Below, in pieces: positions 12,201 through 22,346 of a stretch of 64,000 bases of DNA (its first letter is position 1; every line of letters begins with the position of its first letter). The position numbers and the translations under genes were made by a program. A model generated the notes under the pieces. The model saw only the letters and a list, made by a program, of their open reading frames with translations, ran no database searches and was not told the origin of the DNA. Source of the DNA: an uncultured Erysipelotrichaceae bacterium. Its GTDB lineage: Bacteria > Bacillota_I > Bacilli_A > RFN20 > CAG-826. Location: the NCBI GenBank assembly GCA_902802905.1, contig CADCNT010000010.1, forward strand, positions 2,393 to 66,392, given 5' to 3'.

Positions 12201-12383
12201 GTGAATTCAGTTGTTAATGCTTATTTAAAAGCTCATCCACTTCCAAATAGTGGCTCTAGTGGATGTGACGGAAGTATTGCTACTTCTTCCATCATTATTT
12301 CCGCTTTAGCGGCAAGCTTCTTAACTATGTTAATAATTAAAAAATGGAAATATAAATTGATTGGAGGACAAATCAATGAATAA
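9228..12383 (+). CDS. Large secreted, C-terminally membrane-anchored protein of unknown function with helical stalk repeats
   Basis: Signal peptide from ATG 9228, repeated GDT(I/V)V(L/V)xG.F beta modules, DUF1542/FIVAR-like helical repeats, C-terminal GCDGSI + transmembrane helix + KK. Confidence 0.75.
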   Translation: MKAGKLSICLLGLFTSMALVATNVNQSFAFTHASNNVEGYYAKASSGANLNNIKFDLEENSAPQASYKPASIDAMKLIREDGSINYLPESYVNATIVFTKVSATQYQIPTTVLQGVKGGISRGDTIVLDGNFTSDDCTLHIKESKLYVYTKDAIVTVPHSVKNITSCLDNLVSSKEARDREWAFLLWSEGLSFDDFLRTVDDGYYPTSIHNVYVDGQPHANCLYDALRRRDPYDPKALMYEIYVCATGQIGTDNPNIGTVVVLDGVFNYKNYVPGQYSENPILDLEPGESYGIQIGLLTLLKVGAGVDDYVRINLKSYLLEQFELLYNPDLYEPDLYLQISEMQDALEASLKDLTTAKDIYSAYNYYVSQMGLLELTEESFQSFKNAYIKEVMDYVDVSLYWDSVALTIQGYVDDCINTINNAVTTKQVVDAVNEVKTKVDKTHTRLYDMEQAILNRTSGWENYLAQYDYVTLDDLSLGESQVFHGRKSERQNDIDTYDKEKNQIDTFVPSAENKAGNVAFCFNYQADAVPTKGANIFIVLRGIKYFGYCFAMGTNSKGFFFQRTQGGSGEEDTDFEGRERCFMSTSKIPVVIRAIDLIEGNRTWINVNIGGFDYLDKIVDSLSFATNSRVSFRNNIEDDSDVDGIATISNYYHPKAKDVKAKYYGLFNYDGGHNDEDETLYLSLDDNELKYDAVEGINSYAIRSDNIKLIRNNVEYKLGRTDVPVIGKYSASSYRLYLSNLFNNEIGGLVDGDTIVVSGAFAYFDDDPNDKVAFEVGTSKFVYSASSKSWSQIVSLEDAKKDAIRQLDYYVSEDYLEQFDEAEKEQVTNIVNNAVLYVNNQTSVEGVYTVFNNAVNSINTVMTSLQKYQQEVISLISSYKQDEYGSYRQEELDLIMSYKQEATESVYNASSRKEIDDIYQETIEKIDAVLTDEEMSIKELKEAKYQGVNTIKNRYASLINSSMSDEKLEKLNNETIKSIENVQAASSIEEVNSVVNAYLKAHPLPNSGSSGCDGSIATSSIIISALAASFLTMLIIKKWKYKLIGGQINE

Positions 12384-14010
12384 AAAATTATTAGTTATCC
12401 CAATGTTAGGTATTGTCATTCCTACTTTGTCTGCCTGTGGCAAGAAAAGCGGAACCATCGATGACCCGACAAAGGCCAATCTTCACGTTCTTACCTTGGA
12501 TAAAGGTATCGGCACTAAATGGCTTGAAAATGCAGCAGCAATCTTTAACGAAATGTATGCTGAATCCGAAGATTTCCAACAAGGCCGTAAAGGTGTTAAG
12601 GTCTCAATTATCGGTGACACTAAACTTGACGGTGCTTACTTAAATACCGCTGTTTTAAATGACGATATTTATTTCACTGAACAAGTCGATTATCGAGATT
12701 TAGTCAATAAAGGCAAGCTCCTTGATATTACCGATGTCTTAAAGGCTGACTTATCATTCTATGGAGACGAAGAAGGAAAGACAATTTTAAGCAAAATCGA
12801 CCCAACCATGGAATCTTATATGAACATGAATAATAAATATTATGGTGTTCCTTTCTATGATTCCTTCTACGGATTTGTTTATGATGTCACTTTATGGAAA
12901 GAAAATAATTTATATCTTTCTAACGATCCTGAAGATCCATTTGTCCCTTATGATGATGCTAATATTTCAGTTGGTTCAGATAACATAGCAGGTACACCTG
13001 ATGATGGTCTTCCAGCCACTTATGAAGAATTTGGTTTATTGATGGATGAACTCAATCAACGTGGCATCACTCCATTTATCACCGCTGATATCGCTAAAGA
13101 ATATGTCGCTGACTACTTATACAATGTTGTCGCTGACTATGAAGGCGTTAATCAAATGGTTTTGAATTTAACTTTAAATGGTACCGCGACTGATTTAATC
13201 GATACCGTGGATAATAATGGTAATATCACTTATAAACCAGCAACTCAAATTACGCAAAGCAATGGTTATTTGCTAACTAGACAAGCAGGTAGATACAGTG
13301 GTCTTAATTTCTTAAAGAATTACATTATGACCTTACCAAATGGTCAAGCTAGTGGTTATAGATTTGTTGATACACATACAACTGCCCAACGACAATTTGT
13401 CCAAAAGAATGTTGGTAGTCGTCCTGATGTCGGCATGATTATTGAAGGTTCTTGGTGGGAAAACGAAGCTGCTTCTATTATCGCTACCGAAGCAGAAAAG
13501 TCTGGAAGAAGAGACTTTGCAATTATGCCAATCCCATTTGCTAGCAAAGAAAAAGCTATTGAATCCAATTATAAGCATACCTATTTATCACTTTCTCAAA
13601 GCTTTGGTGTTATCTCCTCTAAATGTAGCAATGTCAAACTCGCAAAAGAATTCATGAAGTTCTTACATTGTGACAAGATGCTTTCTAAATTTACCGCAGA
13701 TACTTCAATTACCCGTCCTTTAAATTATGAAGTGACTTCTCAAGATCAATCTAAACTTAGCAACTACGCGAAATCACTTATTTATTTAAAACAGCATTCT
13801 AATATTGTTTATCCATATTCCTCTTTACCAGTGATGGTCAATAATCCATCAGATTTCAAACATTACTACTTTGTTTGGAAGTCTGACGTTGATGGCACTC
13901 CATATAATCATCCATGGGATTATTTAAGAGAAGGAAGCAAAAACCCAACAATCAAAAAATATTTTGATGGTCATTATGATCATTATTACAATAGGTGGCC
14001 AAACTTATAA
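12376..14010 (+). CDS. Carbohydrate ABC transporter substrate-binding lipoprotein
   Basis: Lipobox LSAC, YYGVPF, LPATYEEF, IIEGSWWENE, AKEFMKFL. RBS GGAGG; upstream of two permeases. Confidence 0.85.
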   Translation: MNKKLLVIPMLGIVIPTLSACGKKSGTIDDPTKANLHVLTLDKGIGTKWLENAAAIFNEMYAESEDFQQGRKGVKVSIIGDTKLDGAYLNTAVLNDDIYFTEQVDYRDLVNKGKLLDITDVLKADLSFYGDEEGKTILSKIDPTMESYMNMNNKYYGVPFYDSFYGFVYDVTLWKENNLYLSNDPEDPFVPYDDANISVGSDNIAGTPDDGLPATYEEFGLLMDELNQRGITPFITADIAKEYVADYLYNVVADYEGVNQMVLNLTLNGTATDLIDTVDNNGNITYKPATQITQSNGYLLTRQAGRYSGLNFLKNYIMTLPNGQASGYRFVDTHTTAQRQFVQKNVGSRPDVGMIIEGSWWENEAASIIATEAEKSGRRDFAIMPIPFASKEKAIESNYKHTYLSLSQSFGVISSKCSNVKLAKEFMKFLHCDKMLSKFTADTSITRPLNYEVTSQDQSKLSNYAKSLIYLKQHSNIVYPYSSLPVMVNNPSDFKHYYFVWKSDVDGTPYNHPWDYLREGSKNPTIKKYFDGHYDHYYNRWPNL

Positions 14011-14025
14011 TTTAGAGCCTTGTTT

Positions 14026-14964
14026 ATGAGTCTATTAAAAGGAAAGAAAATTAATCGTGTAGGAAAGACTCCTCTTAAAAAAGGAGATATCATTTTCTAC
14101 ACGCTTTTGCTTCTTATTCCTTTAAGCCAAATTTTAATATTCTATTTTGGTGTTAATTTCCAATCTTTCCTTTTAGCTTTCCAAACTAGAGACGCGAGCG
14201 GAAATCTCGTCTTCGATGCCTCTAAAAACTGGAATTTATTTGTTGCTGACGCTAAAACATCGATATTCTGGACTTACGTAGGGAATTCATTCTTGGTTTA
14301 TTTATTCACTTCGTTAACAGGAACAGTGTTAGCAACTTTATTCTCTTACTATATTTATAAAAGAAGAACGTTCTGCAACTTCTTTAAGTTTGTGTTGTTC
14401 TTACCTTCATTATTACCAGCAATTCTTTTAGTTATTATGTTTAAGGGCTTTGTTGGTAATGGTTTGCCGGCATATTTAAACTATATGTTTGGCATCGATT
14501 TTTCACAGATGGAAGGTGGAGGAAATATATTCCTTAAACAAAACACCACAACCATCATTATTATCACCATGTATTCCATTTGGATTTCTTTTGGCGCACA
14601 AGTTCTTGTTTATACAGGAGCGATGGATCAAATCTCTCCAGAAGTAATTGAAGCTGGTAAACTTGACGGAACCAATTCGTTTACCGAGTTTTTCCATATC
14701 ATCTTGCCTTCTATTCTTCCAACCTTAGGAACGTTCTTAATAGTGGGTATTGCCTCAATATTTACCAACCAGAATAACTTATTTAATTTCTATGGTGGTG
14801 GTGGACCACATGAACACTACACAATCGGTTATTTCATTTATTTGAAATTAAGAGATGGTGAAGCCAACTATCCATATGCTTCATTTATCGGACTTGTATG
14901 TACTTTATTTGTCTTACCTCTAACTTTTGGCGTAAGAAAACTAATCAATAGAGTGAGTAAATAA
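14026..14964 (+). CDS. Carbohydrate ABC transporter permease (MalF-type)
   Basis: EAA loop EAGKLDGT and 6 hydrophobic segments. Confidence 0.9.
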   Translation: MSLLKGKKINRVGKTPLKKGDIIFYTLLLLIPLSQILIFYFGVNFQSFLLAFQTRDASGNLVFDASKNWNLFVADAKTSIFWTYVGNSFLVYLFTSLTGTVLATLFSYYIYKRRTFCNFFKFVLFLPSLLPAILLVIMFKGFVGNGLPAYLNYMFGIDFSQMEGGGNIFLKQNTTTIIIITMYSIWISFGAQVLVYTGAMDQISPEVIEAGKLDGTNSFTEFFHIILPSILPTLGTFLIVGIASIFTNQNNLFNFYGGGGPHEHYTIGYFIYLKLRDGEANYPYASFIGLVCTLFVLPLTFGVRKLINRVSK

Positions 14965-14966
14965 TT

Positions 14967-15896
14967 ATGAAGAAGATTAAGTTAGGGACAAGCAAACATT
15001 TCAGTGTCACAAAAGGTAAACCATCTGTTACCACAGTTTTCTTATTTGTTTTACTTATCATTTACACTTTGGTTTTATTTATTCCAGTGATTTGGTCAAT
15101 CTATGCTTCTTTAGCGGATAGCTATACTTTTGGTGATGTTTTTGACCCTCAATACCCTAACTTATCAAAAACATTGGCCTTAAGCTTTGATAACTTTAAA
15201 TTTGCTTGGGAAGAATTAACAATTACTGTCCAAGTCAATGGTGTTAGAGAAACATTTGATACGATTGGTTTACTTGGCAATAGTATCTTATATTCCACGA
15301 TATCCGCTTTATCATTTACGATTTGTCCTGTAATAGTTGCATATGCAACTTCAAGATTTAAATATGGCTTCTCTAAGATTATTTATGCCTTTGTTGTCGT
15401 AGCAATGTCCTTGCCTATTGTTGGTAATATGGCTAGCGAAATTCAAATGTTACATAACTTAGGAATGTTTGACACGATTATCAGTATGGTGATCTTGAGA
15501 TTTAACTTCTTGTCGATTTACTTCTTAATTTTGCACGCGCAGTTCTCATCTATTCCTAATGATTATTCAGAAGCCGCGAAAGTTGATGGGGCAAGCAATT
15601 TAAGAATTATGTTACAAGTGGTGATTCCTCAATCACTTAACACAATTGTTACTGTCTTTATTCTTTCCTTTATTACTTATTGGAATGATTATCAAATCCC
15701 ATTGCTTTATTTGCCAAGTTATCCAACTGCTGCGTACGGCATCCATAACTTTATCTATAATCCAGATAGTGCGATGGCTACAGTGCCACATCAAATGGCG
15801 GTTGCGGTTTTGTTAACCTTACCTATCGTTATCGTCTTTATCGTCTTTAATAAACGTTTAAGAGTATCTGTCGCTATGGGAGGTATTAAGAGTTAA
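14967..15896 (+). CDS. Carbohydrate ABC transporter permease (MalG-type)
   Basis: EAAKVDGAS, FITYWNDY, C-terminal GGIKS. Confidence 0.92.
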   Translation: MKKIKLGTSKHFSVTKGKPSVTTVFLFVLLIIYTLVLFIPVIWSIYASLADSYTFGDVFDPQYPNLSKTLALSFDNFKFAWEELTITVQVNGVRETFDTIGLLGNSILYSTISALSFTICPVIVAYATSRFKYGFSKIIYAFVVVAMSLPIVGNMASEIQMLHNLGMFDTIISMVILRFNFLSIYFLILHAQFSSIPNDYSEAAKVDGASNLRIMLQVVIPQSLNTIVTVFILSFITYWNDYQIPLLYLPSYPTAAYGIHNFIYNPDSAMATVPHQMAVAVLLTLPIVIVFIVFNKRLRVSVAMGGIKS

Positions 15897-15898
15897 TT

Positions 15899-18800
15899 AT
15901 GAAATTTAAGAAATTATTAGTATTTTCTCTTTTAGGTTTACCTCTAGTTTTATCTTCTGTGAGCTGTGAATCTTCCTTTAACGCTTATTCCGTTAAACTT
16001 TTAAGAGCAACAGAAAACAATGATGTTTATATTGGCGATACGATTAATGTGGAAACCAGGCGCTTAGAATATGAAGGTGAACACCAAGATGTTTTAGGTG
16101 TTATCGTTAATCCTGACGGGGATACCTATCAAGGCAAGTCATTTACTGTCACTGAAGCCGGCCTATATAAAGTGGTTTATAAGGCTTATTTTGGTCATCA
16201 TAAAGAAGAACAAGTAGTGAATTACTTGTGTAAGAGAAAGAGCCAAAACTTCTTCTCTGTTACTAATCCAGTGGATGTCTCTTATGGCGAATATCGTCAT
16301 GACTTCGCTAATTACAGGAACGATGGAGTCATTATCGACATGAAGAGTGGTACTGAAATTCGCTTTAACGTGCCTCTTTCTATCGATGACTTTATGAACG
16401 ATCAAATTCAAACTCGTCCAGGAAAAGGTTATAAAGACCGTTCTTATGGTATGACCGCTAATCCGTTAATTGATTTCTTAATTGATCCAAACGAAGCGAT
16501 GTCTGCTGATTTTTCCACTTTAACTATTCGTTTAACTGACTCTATTGATAGAACTAACTTTGTTGATGTTCATATTGAAGATGCTTACTTAAGTGGTGTT
16601 CCTGATACATGGACTATGTCTAGTGTGAGAGTTGGTGCTTCTTGTAACTGGCAAATGGGCTGGGAATGGGACGGACAGGCTGATGGTAATCCTAATAAGA
16701 GTAATGTTGGTAAATTCCATAACGGCGTTAGTGGAACTGGTTTAAACCTTACTTTCCGCGCGGTTCATCATAGTAATGTTATTAATTCCGCGAAGATTTT
16801 ATATTGCGCTGCTAATGGTAGATTCTATAATTGCTTAGGTTCGTTAGAATCAACCACTAACTTTACATACTTTGTAAATGATTTAAGTGATCCTATAGTT
16901 TATGGCAATAGTGCTTGGGAAGGATTTAAGAGTGGAAAATTCTATTTATCCATTATTCCTACATCTTTCTCTAACGCTACTGCGAGATTATTAATTAAAT
17001 CAGTTGGCAAATATATTTTCCCTTCCGAAGTATTAGTGGATGATATTGCTCCAGTTATTTCTGTAGACACATTAGGCTACGATGATAAATATTTACCACG
17101 CGCAGCAGTGGGCAAAGCTTATCCAATATATGACGCTACTGTTAGTGATAACTATGATTTAGATTTGAACTGCAATGTCAGTGTTACTTATCGTGATTCC
17201 GTAAACAAAAAAGATATTGATGTTTCCGTTATTGATGACGCTTTCATGGTGAATAAATCTGGCTTCTACACTATTAAATATGAAGCTAGAGATAAAAGCG
17301 GAAATGTTGCTGATGTAATTACAAAACGTGTCATTACCACAGATATAGTTGATGATGTGGTTTTATCTTTGGATTCCCCCGAAAAGACTGTCAGTGCTTA
17401 TGATAATGTGAAAATTCCAAACATCAATGATGTTCAAAGTGTTGGTGGAGTTGAAAATAGCAAGATTGATATCACAAGACGTGTTATTGATCCAAAAGGA
17501 CATGAATTAATTATTTATGGTGATGAATTCCGTCCATCTTTAGTTGGTGATTATCAAGTAGTGTTCACTGGCAAAGATTATGTTGGTAATGCCGGAGAAG
17601 TGACTTATATAGTTCATTCTCAAGAATTAACTAAACCAGCATTTATTAGTGACCCTAACTTACCACCTGCCTTAATTAGTGGATTCAAATATCAAATCGA
17701 AAATATTTCCGCGATTGAAACTAAAGGCGGAGAGGTTGTACCTGTTACCCCTGAGATTTTAATCAATGACCAACCATATACTGGAGAATTTGTTGCAAGT
17801 GGTAATAAAGCCAAAGTGACTTATAAAGCAAATGGAGAATCATCATATTCTACTATTGATGTTGATTTAGATGTAATTGATGTTTCTAGTGATGAAGGTG
17901 GATTACATCACGCAAAATATTTTGTTGGTGATTATACCGCTAGCGAAAGCGTTTATCGCGAATCAAATAATGTTACTTTAAGTGGTGCTGTAGAAAGCTA
18001 TTCAACATTTATTAATCCACTTAATCCAAACGCTTTCTATATTGGTTTACGTTTGATTGAAGATCAAACAAATATGAGAACCGTAAGCGTGAAACTTACT
18101 GATTCTAAAGATAAAGACGTTCATGTGACCTTTGATATTGATTTAGTTGAACAAACAATTAAAGTACCGTATCTACCAGAATTAGCATTTAGCTTCTTTG
18201 AAGATATTGTTGGCTTAGAATATAACGACGAGAGTAAAGCGTTCTATGACACTAACCAAAATAAGTTGGGAACATTAATTAGAGATGATAACAACAATCC
18301 ATTTACTGGTTTTAGTGGTGGTGCTTATTTATCTGTTGGCTTTAAAGATATTGAAGGTTATTCAAGTCTAGCCATTGAAAAGATTTGTAATCAGCCAATT
18401 GGTTATAGAAGTAAAGGCAAAGATAGAATTCAACCATCAATCAAATACAATTCAACTTTAATTTCCGAGCAACAAAAAGGAAATCAATTTGTCTATCCAA
18501 CATTTGAGGCTTTTGATGTTTTAAGTGACATCGCGGAAACTTCAATTACTATTGTTAAACCAGATAACACATCAATCACTGGTGGTAAAGATATGAAAGA
18601 AACATTCACTATCGAACAGACTGGTGATTATCGTATTACTTATATTGCAAAAGATTCCGCGAACAACACTAAGAAAATCATTGAGATTGTTTCAGTTTAT
18701 GATGATTTACCACCAACAATCACAGTGAAAAACCCACCAAAGAGCTCCTATTCTTTGAATTCTTCATTTAAGATTCCAGAATACACCGCAAGCGATGAAA

Positions 18801-19066
18801 GCGGTAAATACACTGTGGATGTGATTTTAATCCTACCAACAAATGAAATGAGAATCTTAACTCACCATGTCCATGATGAAGAAACTGAAGAAGTGGATGT
18901 TATTGAATATGCTTTAGACCCAGAAAAAGAGCTTTATGATCCGAGCTTCATTGTTAATAAAACAACATGTAAATTGCAATTAAAAGGAACCTATAGACTA
19001 AGATACGTAGCCTATGATACTGCGTATAACACTACAACCTTAGAATATAGCTTCACCGTTAAATAG
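15899..19066 (+). CDS. Large lipoprotein with multiple Ig-like domains
   Basis: Lipobox VSC; repeated D..P.I ... G.Y.I.Y.A.D.sGN Ig-like units. Confidence 0.75.
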   Translation: MKFKKLLVFSLLGLPLVLSSVSCESSFNAYSVKLLRATENNDVYIGDTINVETRRLEYEGEHQDVLGVIVNPDGDTYQGKSFTVTEAGLYKVVYKAYFGHHKEEQVVNYLCKRKSQNFFSVTNPVDVSYGEYRHDFANYRNDGVIIDMKSGTEIRFNVPLSIDDFMNDQIQTRPGKGYKDRSYGMTANPLIDFLIDPNEAMSADFSTLTIRLTDSIDRTNFVDVHIEDAYLSGVPDTWTMSSVRVGASCNWQMGWEWDGQADGNPNKSNVGKFHNGVSGTGLNLTFRAVHHSNVINSAKILYCAANGRFYNCLGSLESTTNFTYFVNDLSDPIVYGNSAWEGFKSGKFYLSIIPTSFSNATARLLIKSVGKYIFPSEVLVDDIAPVISVDTLGYDDKYLPRAAVGKAYPIYDATVSDNYDLDLNCNVSVTYRDSVNKKDIDVSVIDDAFMVNKSGFYTIKYEARDKSGNVADVITKRVITTDIVDDVVLSLDSPEKTVSAYDNVKIPNINDVQSVGGVENSKIDITRRVIDPKGHELIIYGDEFRPSLVGDYQVVFTGKDYVGNAGEVTYIVHSQELTKPAFISDPNLPPALISGFKYQIENISAIETKGGEVVPVTPEILINDQPYTGEFVASGNKAKVTYKANGESSYSTIDVDLDVIDVSSDEGGLHHAKYFVGDYTASESVYRESNNVTLSGAVESYSTFINPLNPNAFYIGLRLIEDQTNMRTVSVKLTDSKDKDVHVTFDIDLVEQTIKVPYLPELAFSFFEDIVGLEYNDESKAFYDTNQNKLGTLIRDDNNNPFTGFSGGAYLSVGFKDIEGYSSLAIEKICNQPIGYRSKGKDRIQPSIKYNSTLISEQQKGNQFVYPTFEAFDVLSDIAETSITIVKPDNTSITGGKDMKETFTIEQTGDYRITYIAKDSANNTKKIIEIVSVYDDLPPTITVKNPPKSSYSLNSSFKIPEYTASDESGKYTVDVILILPTNEMRILTHHVHDEETEEVDVIEYALDPEKELYDPSFIVNKTTCKLQLKGTYRLRYVAYDTAYNTTTLEYSFTVK

Positions 19067-19078
19067 GAGGAAAAGAAG

Positions 19079-21004
19079 ATGAAAAAAAGATTATTTGTAT
19101 TTGCTTCATTAATCGCAGCTTTATCGCTTGGCAGCTGTTCTTCCTCATCCTCTGGAGGCGGAAAACAAGAAGGGCCAGAAGTTATCCCTGATAAATATAT
19201 CATGGAGAACAACGTTTCTACTTATTCATTAGTGTTAAGTAAGAATCCTCAAGCTAAAGAGACATTCGCAGCTTCGGAATTTACTTATTTCATGAAGCTT
19301 GCCACTAATTATGCTTTCCCAGTCCTCAATGAAAAAGAAGTTAGAGAAGGGCAACATTATATCTCTTTAGGTGTTACCGAACAATTTAAAGCTAACTTCC
19401 CTAATTATGATTATTCAATTCTTGATGGCACGCAATCTGGATACTTCATTTCTACCAAAGATGAGAATATCTATATTGTTTGTAGTGATGATTTTTCAGG
19501 CGATGGAGTCTTATATGGAGTTTATGACTTATTAGAAGACTTTATTGATTATCGTTATTACCATGACACAGAGATTTATTACGAAGAAAAATCTACGATT
19601 AATCTCATTGATTATAAACAGACTTTTGTGAACTATAGCTATGATATGCGTAGTATCTCTACTGTTTATACTTACACAAACGACTTACATTCTAGACGTA
19701 TGCGATTAATTAACAACTCTCGTGGTTCAGAATGGATGCGCGCTACATATGGACATAGTCAAATTCAAAAGATTTTAGGTCCTTGGATGATTGACACTAA
19801 TGATCCTCAAGGAAGAACATATGGACAATCTCATCCAGATTGGTTTACTGATCCAAATATGCCAAAACCAAGTAGTGGTGGCATGATGATTGATAACTGT
19901 TTAAATTGGTGTGCTGGTCCAGAAATTGAGCGTGTTGTTGCTGATAAATTAATTCAATTTATTCAAGCAGAGCCACTTGCGAAATTTATTATGTGCGCTC
20001 AAGAAGATAATAGTAGTACTTGTATTTCTCTTCCTGGTGTACAAGAAGCACTTGATACTTGGGCTAAAGGTTCTTATACCGCTTTACAGATTTATTTCAT
20101 GAACCACGTGATTGATTTAGTGGATGAATGGGCACAAAAGAATTGTCCTGAAAGAGAATTGCAATTTGTCATCTTTGCTTATCACACAACTTTAGAGCCA
20201 CCTCTAGACTCTAATGGTAATCCAGTGATCAAACTCCATGACAAATTAAGAATCTATATTGCGCCTATTAGAGCTAATTATTCAGCGCCATTTACTTCTC
20301 CACTTAACAAAGATACATATCGTATTTTTGAAGGATGGGATAAAGTGGCTCATGGCAAACTAATTACTTATTTATACGATTTAAATTACCGTATGTATTT
20401 TGTGAACTTCAATAACTTTGGTTCTTGTGGTGGTATCTATCAAGAATTATTAAAGTATGGTATTAAATACATCATGACACAGGGTGTTAGTGATAGTAAC
20501 GCTCCATGCTTTGACGAATTAAGAGTGTATTGCGAAGCTAAGTTGATGAGAGATGTTAGCCTTAACTATGATGATTTAGCCTATGACTTTATTGAACAAT
20601 ACTATAAAGATGTTGCCCCTCAACTAAAAGATTTCTATGACATGCTTAGAAATAGATATTCTTATTATCAAACATTAGTTAATCCTTCCAGTGGTGGCAC
20701 AACTGGCAATATTGATAATACCGCCCTTTATCCTTTAACCTTTGTGAGACAAATGGACCTCAAACTTAAGGAAGCTTTCACGGCTATTGAGGGCTATAAA
20801 AATATCGATCCTGAATATTATAATCTCCTCTATACTCGTATCATGAAAGAAAACTTAGAAGTTATTTATCTTAAAGTTAAACTTTATAGTGATTATTTCA
20901 TTACCGAAGTAGAAGAGTTAAAAGAAACATTCTATTTCTACGCGAACTACTTTGGCATCACTAAAGTAGGCGAAGGTATTCCAATTGAAGGAGCGCTTGG
21001 TTAA
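19079..21004 (+). CDS. DUF4838-like lipoprotein (putative glycoside hydrolase)
   Basis: Lipobox LGSC, N-terminal AASEF...GVLYGVYDLLE domain, HPDWF, QEDN, IFAYH, FDELRVY, F.E.YY. Confidence 0.7.
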   Translation: MKKRLFVFASLIAALSLGSCSSSSSGGGKQEGPEVIPDKYIMENNVSTYSLVLSKNPQAKETFAASEFTYFMKLATNYAFPVLNEKEVREGQHYISLGVTEQFKANFPNYDYSILDGTQSGYFISTKDENIYIVCSDDFSGDGVLYGVYDLLEDFIDYRYYHDTEIYYEEKSTINLIDYKQTFVNYSYDMRSISTVYTYTNDLHSRRMRLINNSRGSEWMRATYGHSQIQKILGPWMIDTNDPQGRTYGQSHPDWFTDPNMPKPSSGGMMIDNCLNWCAGPEIERVVADKLIQFIQAEPLAKFIMCAQEDNSSTCISLPGVQEALDTWAKGSYTALQIYFMNHVIDLVDEWAQKNCPERELQFVIFAYHTTLEPPLDSNGNPVIKLHDKLRIYIAPIRANYSAPFTSPLNKDTYRIFEGWDKVAHGKLITYLYDLNYRMYFVNFNNFGSCGGIYQELLKYGIKYIMTQGVSDSNAPCFDELRVYCEAKLMRDVSLNYDDLAYDFIEQYYKDVAPQLKDFYDMLRNRYSYYQTLVNPSSGGTTGNIDNTALYPLTFVRQMDLKLKEAFTAIEGYKNIDPEYYNLLYTRIMKENLEVIYLKVKLYSDYFITEVEELKETFYFYANYFGITKVGEGIPIEGALG

Positions 21005-21005
21005 T

Positions 21006-21623
21006 ATGAAAATGAAATTATTATTACTCCCTCTTTCTTTATTATTTGTTTTGGGTGGCTGTTCAAGTAATCAATCCGAAGGCGGACAATCCTCTAATAG
21101 TGATCCAGTTAATTTGGTAACCTTATCAGAAACTTCTATCTCTGTTCCAGAAGAAAGAAGTCACCAATTAGAAGCCACAATTGATTCTTCTTTAGAAAGA
21201 TATTTGAGATTTTGGTCTAGCGAGAATGAAGATGTCGCCACTGTTGATGAAAACGGCTTGGTGACCGCTGTTAAAAAAGGTAATACTATCGTGGTTATAC
21301 AAGTTGGTCAATACTACGCTAGATGTGCAGTAGAAGTAGTGGACTATTTACCAAACGAAGTCCTCTCTGTCACGTTTTCTAAGGATAACTATAACTTAAA
21401 TGTTGGTGATGAATACGTACTTGAACCAACTGTGAAGCTAGGCGAAGAAGAAATAACTGATTATGAAATTGCTTTCGAAAGTAGTAATTCTAATATTGCT
21501 ACTTATTTGTTAGATAAGTCATCTATAAAGGCTGTTGGTGAAGGAAAATGTGATATTTTATTCACCTTTACCTATTTAACTTATAGTGTTAAAGAATTAA
21601 TTTATGTTAATGTTTATGAGTAA
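21006..21623 (+). CDS. Lipoprotein with two bacterial Ig-like (Big_2) domains
   Basis: Lipobox LGGC; WSSENEDVATVDENGLVTAVKKG and ESSNSNIAT...IKAVGEG. Confidence 0.85.
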   Translation: MKMKLLLLPLSLLFVLGGCSSNQSEGGQSSNSDPVNLVTLSETSISVPEERSHQLEATIDSSLERYLRFWSSENEDVATVDENGLVTAVKKGNTIVVIQVGQYYARCAVEVVDYLPNEVLSVTFSKDNYNLNVGDEYVLEPTVKLGEEEITDYEIAFESSNSNIATYLLDKSSIKAVGEGKCDILFTFTYLTYSVKELIYVNVYE

Positions 21624-21625
21624 GC

Positions 21626-22345
21626 ATGGAAAAAATTAATCTTGAGCACGTAACTGTATATTTTGAAAACACAAAAGATAATATCGTCACCGCACTTGAT
21701 GATATATCTTTTTCATTTTTCGCTAATAAAATCAATGTCGTCGTTGGCTATTCAGGAAGCGGGAAGTCAACTTTATTAAAGTGCTTAACTGGTTCCTTGG
21801 TGTATAACGGCAAAATCCTTTTTGATGATAAGGACATTGAACTAATCCCAATTCAAAAAAGAGGGATATCCTATATGGATCAAAATATCACTTTGTATCC
21901 AAGCGCAAATGTTTATGAAAACATCATGTTCCCTTTAAAAGCAATGAAAGTGGAACACGATGTGGCTGATCAAAGAATTAAAGACATCGCTTGTAAATTA
22001 GATATTAGTCTTCTTTTAACTAGAAAGACCAAATTTTTATCAATGGGTCAAGCCAGCAGAGTTTATCTAGCAAGAACTTTAGTTAAAGATAGCGACATCT
22101 ATTTATTTGATGAGATATCAAAGAACTTAGATCCTTCTATCGCTAAAGAGATTTCGACTTTAGTGAAGAATTATCTTGTTGAGAATAATAAGACGGGAAT
22201 ATATGTTACCCATAACATTAACGAAGCGACTGCGATTGCTGATTATATTTATGTTTTAAATGAAGGCAAATTAGTGGGTATCTATACTCCAAAAGAATTT
22301 GTTTCTAGTGATAACGAAATAGTGAAATCTTTACTAGTGGGATGA
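21626..22345 (+). CDS. ABC transporter ATP-binding protein
   Basis: GYSGSGKST, LSMGQ, YLFDE, VTH. Confidence 0.88.
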   Translation: MEKINLEHVTVYFENTKDNIVTALDDISFSFFANKINVVVGYSGSGKSTLLKCLTGSLVYNGKILFDDKDIELIPIQKRGISYMDQNITLYPSANVYENIMFPLKAMKVEHDVADQRIKDIACKLDISLLLTRKTKFLSMGQASRVYLARTLVKDSDIYLFDEISKNLDPSIAKEISTLVKNYLVENNKTGIYVTHNINEATAIADYIYVLNEGKLVGIYTPKEFVSSDNEIVKSLLVG

Positions 22346-22346
22346 T

